A stretch of DNA of 64,000 bases from an uncultured virus (IMG/VR IMGVR_UViG_3300029288_000087) (Duplodnaviria > Heunggongvirae > Uroviricota > Caudoviricetes), in the IMG/VR virus record IMGVR_UViG_3300029288_000087. The stretch is one strand, 5' to 3'. The position numbers were made by a program, and so were the translations under genes. The notes beneath the pieces were generated by a model. That model made no database searches and was not told where the DNA came from. It saw nothing but the letters and a program-made list of their open reading frames with translations. Shown here in pieces: positions 29,468 through 36,550 of this stretch (position 1 is its first letter; each line of letters starts with the position of its first letter).

Positions 29468-29538
29468 TGTGACTTGCTCCTGCTTGTGCGTGGCACCATG
29501 CCACGTTGGCGCGTGCGCTTGCGGCGCACGCTTGGATG

Positions 29539-29961
29539 CTACGGAAGCAGCATCGCGCAGATGTACAGGTAGCCGTAGCTCGCGTTCGGAGTCGCCACGA
29601 GGCGAACGCCGTTCTCTTCGATCTCAATCAGATCGCGACTGTCAGGGCTCACGTACTTGCTCGCCACGCGCTTGTGCAGCTTGTCCAGCAGCCCGGAGTC
29701 CCCGTTGAGCCTCTTCTGAAGATCCGGCCACCGGGACTGGTCGCCATCGGCCCCTTGCCGATTCGGCACGAGGTCCACGGACTGAACCAGCTTCTTGTCC
29801 TCGATGATGCGCGTGCGCCCGCCGACACGTTTGCGAATGCGCTGCGTTTGGTAGCTCGACTGAAGGATCGCTCGCGCGCCCCAGGCGACTGCGCAGTCAC
29901 GGTCAACGAGCCAGCCGCACCATGCGGGCTTGGGCCTGCTTGCGTTCTTCTCTTCTTCCAT
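29539..29961 (-). CDS. Array gene 7, hypothetical (MEEEKNAS...)
   Basis: Leader motif; C-terminal ATPNASYGYLYI. Confidence 0.75.
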   Translation of the reverse strand: MEEEKNASRPKPAWCGWLVDRDCAVAWGARAILQSSYQTQRIRKRVGGRTRIIEDKKLVQSVDLVPNRQGADGDQSRWPDLQKRLNGDSGLLDKLHKRVASKYVSPDSRDLIEIEENGVRLVATPNASYGYLYICAMLLP

Positions 29962-30038
29962 TGACTTTGCTCCTGCTTGTGGTGCGGGCACCATACCCGC
30001 CCTAGTGCCTCGCCGCTTCCTCACGGCGAGGCAGGCTT

Positions 30039-30416
30039 CTACTTGCTCCCTTCTCCCTGGCCGACATGTGCCCGCAAGCGCAGGAGCGTCCACCCTGCGG
30101 ACTTGCGGCCTGAGTATCGGCGACCATCGATCATGGTCGCAAAGCACTGCACCACGACGGGGCAGTACGCGCCCGGAGGGTGAATGCGGTAGCGCCCAGT
30201 CAGAGCCAGCGGCGCAATGATCTTGTCGCCAGCCCAGTTCTTGAGCACAAACCGCCCGCCCTCCTCGCAGACGTGGCCGATGACCACGCCTTGGGTATGA
30301 TCCACAACCGGGCCGATAGAGGAGAACTGCGTCCCGTTGTGTTCAACGAAACCGATCTCCACCTGCGCTCCGGTCGCGGTCACACCGCTTTCGGAATGAA
30401 AGGTTGTCTTGTCCAT
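30039..30416 (-). CDS. Array gene 6, hypothetical (MDKTTFHS...)
   Basis: Leader motif. Confidence 0.75.
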   Translation of the reverse strand: MDKTTFHSESGVTATGAQVEIGFVEHNGTQFSSIGPVVDHTQGVVIGHVCEEGGRFVLKNWAGDKIIAPLALTGRYRIHPPGAYCPVVVQCFATMIDGRRYSGRKSAGWTLLRLRAHVGQGEGSK

Positions 30417-30491
30417 TCGACTTGCTCCTGCTTGTGCGTGGCACCATGCCACGTTAGCGCCATCGTAGCGAGCTGGCTAGATGGCGGGCGG

Positions 30492-30626
30492 TCAAATCTC
30501 CGTGTATGCCACAGACACTTGACGCCCCGGGTATTTTGCCTGGGCCTTCCTCTCCGCGTCGTTGTGCGACTTGGCTCTGATCATTCCCACCTCTTCCCCG
30601 TCCACGTATACGATATATACCTTCAT
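30492..30626 (-). CDS. Array gene 5, 44-aa protein absent from the ORF track (MKVYIVYVDGEEVGMIRAKSHNDAERKAQAKYPGRQVSVAYTEI)
   Basis: Translated by hand; exactly fills the space between two leader units. Confidence 0.75.
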   Translation of the reverse strand: MKVYIVYVDGEEVGMIRAKSHNDAERKAQAKYPGRQVSVAYTEI

Positions 30627-30722
30627 TCGACTTTTGCTCCTGCTATGGTGCGGGACCATGCCCGCCCTGGTGCATGCGCGCGCGAACGCGCATGCGAGGG
30701 ATTGTGCTGCTGTGGTGGGATA

Positions 30723-31883
30723 CTAGGCGGCGAGCGCTTGGGAGAAAATCTTGCCCGCGAACCGTTCCAGGTCGAGCACGTCGTCGCCGATCTGCGCCGA
30801 GCGTGCCTTGCGGGGCGCACCAGCGAGTGCCTTCGCCTCGATGTCCTGGCTGAGAGCCGACACGGCCTGCGCCGCATCGAGCCAGGAGATGCCCTTGCCG
30901 AGCGTGTGAGGCACGCGCGGGTCGGCGCTCTGCACCATTTCGACGACGCGCTTCGCCATGTCCTGGGAGACCTGACCCTTGAGGATCGTGTTCAAGCGGT
31001 CCACGGTCAGTTCCTTCTCACCCGCCGCGTTCAGCGAGTCGAACATCGACTGCCGCCGCTCGGGCAGAAGGAACTGCGATGTGCTGTCCTTGATCATGCT
31101 GATGGTGGCCTCGTGGTCGAGCTTGCGCGTGTCTTGCGACCAGTCCACGTCACGGTCGAGCCGCTGCCCGAGATGCACGCGGCGGAAGATCCGCTCAGTC
31201 GTCATCCCGTTCATGCAGGCCAACCGCAGGAAGAACGCCGTGATGCCCGCTGCCGTGCCGCCCCAGTCCGAATTGCGATACTCGATTCCCAGGACGTAGG
31301 GGTCGCCGCCGACCATCTGCACCTGCGGAATGACCATCTTGATCGCGAACTGGAGATCCGTGCCGGTCGCTGAGAACGGGACCGCGCCCGACTTGTCAGA
31401 GACTTCCAGCACGGTTTCGAGCAAGGGGCGGGTGTCGATCGTGTTGTAGCTGGCGGAGAGAACCGCCATGCCCAGTTCCACGTCGGGCTTCTTGCGCGCG
31501 CGCACGAGGTGAGCCGGGGGCCTGCCGTCCTTGCCGACAAGGTGCGCCCAGTCCGTGTTCAGCACGTTCTGCAAGAGGTCGCGCGCCCAGTCCGTGTCAG
31601 CGTCCAGGCAGGCGTTCGCGAAGTTCGCGTTCACTACCTGACCGATGCCGTACACGTGGCTGAGAGCGTGGTCGTGCAGCACGAGCGTATCGTGCTTGTC
31701 GAGCACCATCTGGACGTTGTTGTCCTGCGTGACCGCGAACTCCACAAGCTCCGCGGGCGCTTTGCGGTCCACCGGCATCTCGCTGAACACGCGCGCGACT
31801 TGCGCCTTCGCGTTCGGGAGGTTCCGATGGATCACTTCGTCCAGGCGTGCCGCCGCCTGTTCTGCCGAAACATTCTGCATCAT
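30723..31883 (-). CDS. Array gene 4, DUF932-like protein
   Basis: VLSASYNTID, RNSDWGGTA, FLRLACMNGM, RRVHLG motifs. Confidence 0.75.
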   Translation of the reverse strand: MMQNVSAEQAAARLDEVIHRNLPNAKAQVARVFSEMPVDRKAPAELVEFAVTQDNNVQMVLDKHDTLVLHDHALSHVYGIGQVVNANFANACLDADTDWARDLLQNVLNTDWAHLVGKDGRPPAHLVRARKKPDVELGMAVLSASYNTIDTRPLLETVLEVSDKSGAVPFSATGTDLQFAIKMVIPQVQMVGGDPYVLGIEYRNSDWGGTAAGITAFFLRLACMNGMTTERIFRRVHLGQRLDRDVDWSQDTRKLDHEATISMIKDSTSQFLLPERRQSMFDSLNAAGEKELTVDRLNTILKGQVSQDMAKRVVEMVQSADPRVPHTLGKGISWLDAAQAVSALSQDIEAKALAGAPRKARSAQIGDDVLDLERFAGKIFSQALAA

Positions 31884-31985
31884 TTGACTTGCTCCTGCTT
31901 TAGTCGGGCCGCGACATGCGACCCGCTTGGTGCCATCCTAACCATTGCTGGCCGGGTGGCAAGGGAGGGCGTGACAGGCAATGTC

Positions 31986-32369
31986 CTAGTCCACGATCTC
32001 AGTGAGCGAGCACTGGAAAATCTCGTGGATGTAGTCCTTGATCTCGCGGCGGTCGCGTCCGGTGATGCGCAGGACGATTCCGTGCACGAGCGAAGCCTTG
32101 ACGATCACGGTGTGCTCGGTCCAGCCATCGTACATGCCAACATCGTTCATGTGGTGGTAGCTGGTATGGATCACCAGCTTCTCGCCAGTGGACGCATCGA
32201 AGTCGAACGTGCATCCGTTGTCGAACCCGGAGCCGTGCGGCAACCTGTTCAGAACGAGCTGCTCAATCGTCTCGCGGTGCTTGACTCGCCATTCCGCATT
32301 GCCCTTCTCGGCACAACGCGCGTAGGCGTCAACGGATGACGCCAGCCTCTTGTAAACTGGCTCTTTCAT
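31986..32369 (-). CDS. Array gene 3, hypothetical (MKEPVYKR...)
   Basis: Leader motif; LPHGSGFD and YHHMNDVGMYDGWTEH motifs. Confidence 0.75.
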   Translation of the reverse strand: MKEPVYKRLASSVDAYARCAEKGNAEWRVKHRETIEQLVLNRLPHGSGFDNGCTFDFDASTGEKLVIHTSYHHMNDVGMYDGWTEHTVIVKASLVHGIVLRITGRDRREIKDYIHEIFQCSLTEIVD

Positions 32370-32444
32370 TGACTTGTGCTCCTGCTTTGTGCGGCGGGAT
32401 TGCCGCATCAGTGCGCGTACCCGTGCGGGCGTACGCGCGTGGGG

Positions 32445-32741
32445 TCAACCGACCCGCTTGGACGCGCCAGCGGTTTCCATCTCCGCCACCAGTGCGCGCA
32501 CCGCAGCGTCGCCACCCTTGTCGCTGTAGACGTGGTGCGGACGCCCGATGCGCCCCTCGAAGTCCCACCCTTCGTAGCCGTCGCGGCGCGCGAAATCGAT
32601 CCGCGTTCCGTCTGCGCGTTCCAGGTAGAACTCTCCGAAGCCCATGTGATGCAGGGTTCCGAAGCGGTTGCAAGCGTTCAGGAAGTCGGAATCCCCGACA
32701 ACCTTCTCGCTTCCATCAATCTGCTTGATCGTGTGAGGCAT
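32445..32741 (-). CDS. Array gene 2, hypothetical (MPHTIKQI...)
   Basis: Leader motif. Confidence 0.75.
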   Translation of the reverse strand: MPHTIKQIDGSEKVVGDSDFLNACNRFGTLHHMGFGEFYLERADGTRIDFARRDGYEGWDFEGRIGRPHHVYSDKGGDAAVRALVAEMETAGASKRVG

Positions 32742-32812
32742 TGACTTGTGCTCCTGCTTTGAGAGGCGGCACCATACCGCCTTCAGTGCGTACGCGGGCG
32801 CGTACGCGAGGC

Positions 32813-33160
32813 TCAGTCCTCTGCGGTCTCTGGACGGGAGAACGGAAGCTGGTGACAGCCGCAACCGTGCGGGCAGCACCATGCTTCCTTGAAGTCGTTT
32901 GTGCAGTTTCGGAGGCGTTCCGCTAGCTCGTAGATTTTGTTCGCCAGGGTTTCGTTGCACAAGCAATCGGCCCCGCAGAGCGCACGCTGGTAGCGGCGTT
33001 CGTCAAAATCAGTCCGAGCGTTCCACCTCGGATGGAAGTAGCCACCGGAGCTTGCTTTCCATTCCGCGTACACCACAAGCAACCACTCGCGCGGCTGATC
33101 GTGAATGTTCTCGTACAGGTCAGCGTATGCCTCCGGTGCGTGAGACCATTCGCATGTCAT
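32813..33160 (-). CDS. Array gene 1, hypothetical (MTCEWSHA...)
   Basis: Leader motif. Confidence 0.75.
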   Translation of the reverse strand: MTCEWSHAPEAYADLYENIHDQPREWLLVVYAEWKASSGGYFHPRWNARTDFDERRYQRALCGADCLCNETLANKIYELAERLRNCTNDFKEAWCCPHGCGCHQLPFSRPETAED

Positions 33161-33197
33161 GGTTTGCTCCTGCGCTGTGCTGACGGAATTGTCAGCG

Positions 33198-33328
33198 GTC
33201 GGTACCCGGGAATCGAACCCGGATCTCGCGGCACCAGTTACGGTGTCGCGTGACAGCTTGCTCCTAGGCGCGTCAAACGCACCATGCCCGGCGGTCAGAT
33301 GCCCCGTCAGGCCTTTTGGCTATACCGA
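33198..33328 (-). ncRNA. tRNA-like RNA with expanded anticodon region (not a canonical tRNA)
   Basis: Acceptor TCGGTAT/GTACCGA, mini D-arm GCC-AAAA-GGC, stem TGACGG/CTGTCA enclosing ~50 nt, long variable arm, T-arm CCGGG-TTCGATT-CCCGG; no encoded CCA. Confidence 0.7.
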
Positions 33329-33329
33329 T

Positions 33330-34260
33330 TTTGAGGTTGCTGGCGACAGGTTGACTATTGTCGCCAGAGAGCCCCTGCCCACGTCTTAGCGTGAGCGGCA
33401 GGAGCAGGAGCGGGATCTACTTCCCCCACCACGCTGGTATGCCCAGTCACGGGCGCGTGATGGTTTCGGAACCTGCCTGGAAGCCGTACGGTCAAAAGCC
33501 CCGGGCTATCATGCGGCAGGCTCGCGCAGCTTGGAGCAGCGCGACGATCCAAAATGTCATCCCCGTTGAATTCGATTCACGTTGCCGGTTCACCTCAGTA
33601 GCAGCGGTCCGATTTGGCATGCGTCCCCATGGACAGCCGCGGACTTGCTTGCCCCCCGTCAAAGACAAGGGGCTGAGTTTACCCGGTACGCGGGATAGTA
33701 GCTCTAGCCGGAACGGAATCTCTCCCGTGGCCCGCGGGTATCAGCCGCAGCGCCCTGCGCGTAGGACGGCTCAGGCGATCTGAGGGACGGAGCCCAGAGG
33801 CGCAGTCACGCCGCACGGTACGCCGTGCGGTTAGGCGAGCACCGCTTGTCCGTTCGCTTGTCGGTTCCGCTTGCTAGTCTTGCTTCAGGCGTTCACGGAT
33901 CCAGGAGTCCACGCGAGACCTTGAGCCTTACCGAGCCGCCAAAAGCGACCCCTATACGCGCCGGTCCGAACGGAAACCTGCCCGGTTCCCTGGTGAGGGG
34001 AGGACTTGCGCGCCCCAAATGCTGGCGCAGCAGCGGTCACATGGGCCGGGTAGACCCGTGGCAGCCATCCGCTCGACTAGCGCGCGTTGCCGCGTCGCAA
34101 TCGGGGCAGATGTTGCCCTATTGCTTGCAGGGTACGCCCCGCAAGGCTGGCGTGGTCCGGTCAAGGGCACCGGCTAGGCTCACCCCACAACAGGCAGGCT
34201 CGCCAGGGGAGCCGCCCCGCCAACCGGGGCCGCGCTCCACCCTGTTGTTGTCCTGCACCC
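33330..34260. ncRNA. Putative large structured non-coding RNA region
   Basis: No convincing ORF over ~0.9 kb in an otherwise packed genome; many inverted repeats; contains the split match to the array leader motif; strand unresolved. Confidence 0.55.
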
Positions 34261-34279
34261 CACCCCCTCCCCTCCTATA

Positions 34280-34350
34280 CGTGGCGATAGTGTTTCGCTA
34301 TCAGCGCGTACAGGGGGTACATCGTGGCGATAGTGCACTGGTATAGTGTA
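34280..34350 (-). promoter_or_regulatory. Repeated CGTGGCGATAGTG boxes (34280-34292, 34323-34335; partial ATAGTG near 34343): candidate promoters/operators of the ncRNA-array unit
   Basis: Exact 13-bp direct repeat in an AT-richer patch; minus strand reads CACTATCGCCACG. Confidence 0.5.
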
Positions 34351-34451
34351 TCGTATTGCAGCGTCACGCGGTGTATTGTGAGGTGGTGTGATGTATCGCT
34401 GGAGCTTGCTGTCCAGCTTGGGAACGGAGCGCGCAGGGAGCGCGTGCGACG

Positions 34452-34904
34452 CTACCGCGTGCGGCGACGGTGCGAACGGCTACGGTTTGGCGTGGCCTTG
34501 CGCCGGGCGGCGAACCAGATGCCTGCTACGGCCAGCGCGACGGCTACCGCAACGTAGACCTTGCCGTACGGTTCGCAGCCGGAACCGTAAAGAGCGGGCA
34601 GGGCCAGCAGGGCGGGGCACTGCTTGCCGTGCGATGGCGCAGGTTGCGCGGGCTTCGGGGGCTGCACAGACCCCCACGGCACGCATCTGCTCAGCTTTGG
34701 ATCCCACCTCTGATCTGGTGCGAGGCAACCTCCCTTGCCGCCGTTCGCACCGCACGCGTCCATGAAGGCGTTCAGCGCAGAGCCCTTTGTCATGTCGAAG
34801 GGGATGCTCAGCGCCTGGGCCTGCTGCGCGCAGTCAACAGCCATCGTCGTGGCGGCATCCGCTGGAAGCGCGGCCATCTGCTTGTAGAAGTCTTCGTAGG
34901 TCAT
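34452..34904 (-). CDS. Cys-containing protein with C-terminal TM helix and basic tail
   Basis: VYVAVAVALAVAGIWF followed by ARRK...RRRTR; GATAAT 5 nt before ATG. Confidence 0.65.
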   Translation of the reverse strand: MTYEDFYKQMAALPADAATTMAVDCAQQAQALSIPFDMTKGSALNAFMDACGANGGKGGCLAPDQRWDPKLSRCVPWGSVQPPKPAQPAPSHGKQCPALLALPALYGSGCEPYGKVYVAVAVALAVAGIWFAARRKATPNRSRSHRRRTR

Positions 34905-34945
34905 GCCCCATTATCCACGACCCCCCGGAATCTCCAAGCGCGCGG

Positions 34946-35838
34946 CTACCTCTTGCGTTTGACCGGCGCAGCCGTCTCGCGCTCCTGTCTCACGTCGCAC
35001 AGCAGTGCTTCCACCGTGCGCAGCTCGCGCGCAAGTGTCAGCTTGCGCACCTCCAGCCACTTCTCACCTTGAAGCAGCATGCGCTTCGCGGCCCCCAGCG
35101 GACCCCACCAGGAGAGCCCGGAGCGCTTTATCCTGTCCGCGCGCCGCTGCGCTGCCTCGAACGTTGGGAAGACGCCTACGAGCCGGAAGTGAGGGAAAGG
35201 TTGCCGCGCTTCGACGAGGACGGCGTAACGACTGCTCGCGGACCTTTTGGGCGGGACAAACACCGTCTTCTCCCGTAGGATGTTTCCGTCCCCGTCTATA
35301 GTGGTAACGCGGAGACGCCTTCCGGGCATCAGCTTACGATCTCTGACATTCAACAACGTCAGCGACGACATCGGATGAGGGTTGGGCTTCTTCATCTCCC
35401 CTTCACCACATCCAGCGCAACCTTGTACAACTGCGCCAGCGCCATCGGTAGCCCAGGCTTATGGTCGCCACGCCCGCAGCACCTGCACCCGCCGTTCGTT
35501 GCCATGCCGTGCGGCGTGATGAACATGCAGCTGTTGTCCCCACAACCGGCACGAGCCGTGACCGCTGCGACGGCCTCCACCAAGCGCGCATCCTCTCCAC
35601 GAACAGGCGCGTCCTTCGCCAAAGTCGCGGCCAGCGTCCAACCCAAACGCCAAGCCGTTCCCTCTCTCCCTTCGTACGGCGTCGGATTCTTCTCAGTGCT
35701 CCGCAGGGCGATGTAGCTCAGCGCGCCCTCCAGGACGTAGTACACCCCGCTGAGCGGGCCGATCCCCGGCCTGTTCACCGCTTCGTTCACCTTGTGCAGG
35801 ATTTCCTCCTGCTCTGGTGTGTGTCTACCCACTGTCAT
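34946..35838 (-). CDS. Two hypothetical genes (34946-35395, 35392-35838)
   Basis: Coupled ORFs with RBS. Confidence 0.55.
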
Positions 35839-36526
35839 GAACTCCCTCCTTCTTCTCCGTATCCTGTACGGGGGCGGCAGCTCGGCGGTTGAAATCATCT
35901 GCCAGTGCCCGGAGCACTTCACGAACCGTTTCTCCGTCAAGATCCATATCGGCAGCCAACTCGTGCAACGTTCTTCCCTCGGCTAACTCGGCGAGCACCC
36001 GGGCCAGTGGAAAACGTGTTCCGCGAACTACGGGGAGGCCTCCGCGCATATTTGGGTCCACGTCGATGAACGCAGCAGGACCCCGCTCCTGCTTGGCCGC
36101 GGCGGGCGGCGAAGAAGAATCGGCAACCGCTCTCTGCCAAAGCCGTTCCGCCGTCTGCTGGTGCAGGTAGATGGCCGGCGGCTGCTCTGCACTGACCCCG
36201 TTGTCGCCCCTCTCGACGAGCCCCGTGTACGTGACCCGAAGAACCAACGGTCCCTCCGCACCCATCACCCAGAGACAGCACACCTTCTCGAACCGAAGCT
36301 CCGGATTGGCTGGCCACCCTTCCTTCAGATGTCTGAGGGACGCGCGCGGCCAACACGCCTTGACGAACTCCCACAGGGGCTCGTTTGGGCGCACGACGAA
36401 GGTCAGCGCTCTGCCCTCGTTCACCCAGGGCAGCGGGTCTTTCTCGTGCTGCTCACGCGACCACGTCTGCTGCTCGTTGAAGTTCTTGTTCGCCTCGTCT
36501 ACCAGAAAGTCCATCAATGTAGTCAC
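35825..36526 (-). CDS. Protein with C-terminal DUF433 domain
   Basis: IDVDPNMRGGLPVVRGTRFPLARVLAELAEGRTLHELAADM. Confidence 0.75.
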   Translation of the reverse strand: MTTLMDFLVDEANKNFNEQQTWSREQHEKDPLPWVNEGRALTFVVRPNEPLWEFVKACWPRASLRHLKEGWPANPELRFEKVCCLWVMGAEGPLVLRVTYTGLVERGDNGVSAEQPPAIYLHQQTAERLWQRAVADSSSPPAAAKQERGPAAFIDVDPNMRGGLPVVRGTRFPLARVLAELAEGRTLHELAADMDLDGETVREVLRALADDFNRRAAAPVQDTEKKEGVHDSG

Positions 36527-36550
36527 ATCTGCCTCCGGGTTGCCGTAACA

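Larger units (their letters stand above)
24867..33200 (-). repeat. Array of 16 structured leader elements (hairpin A - RCYR - hairpin B - AGCAGGAGCAAGTCA - start), plus a terminal unit at 24867-24913
   Basis: Units at 25331-25392, 25702-25767, 26170-26234, 26442-26516, 26928-26987, 27216-27277, 28142-28221, 28888-28957, 29468-29538, 29962-30038, 30417-30491, 30627-30722, 31884-31985, 32370-32444, 32742-32812 and 33161-33200 (hairpin A replaced by the tRNA-like element in the last). Confidence 0.95.

Noticed and set aside
25331..32812. Rho-independent terminators between array genes
   Set aside because: The hairpins lack U-tracts on the coding strand and come in a fixed pair with a conserved linker.
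24867..33200. CRISPR array
   Set aside because: The repeats are degenerate and are separated by whole ORFs (135-1161 bp), not ~30-40 nt spacers; no cas genes in the window.
24867..33200. Canonical integron attC array
   Set aside because: No consistent RYYYAAC...GTTRRRY boxes or single long imperfect palindrome, and no adjacent IntI-sized integrase; only the cassette logic is similar.
33250..33300. Hammerhead ribozyme inside the tRNA-like loop (CTGA motifs)
   Set aside because: No CUGANGA plus GAAA core could be assembled.
33198..33328. Functional canonical tRNA or tmRNA
   Set aside because: No 7-nt anticodon loop, truncated D-arm, no CCA, no Ala-type acceptor or tag ORF; kept only as tRNA-like.
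33159..34346. ORF-track proteins 33159-33389, 33358-33783 and 33825-34346
   Set aside because: R/P/S/G-rich shadow-like translations with no convincing RBS-start pairing or motifs; treated as non-coding.
35825..36526. Toxin-antitoxin pair around DUF433
   Set aside because: No adjacent PIN/DUF5615-like toxin was recognisable.
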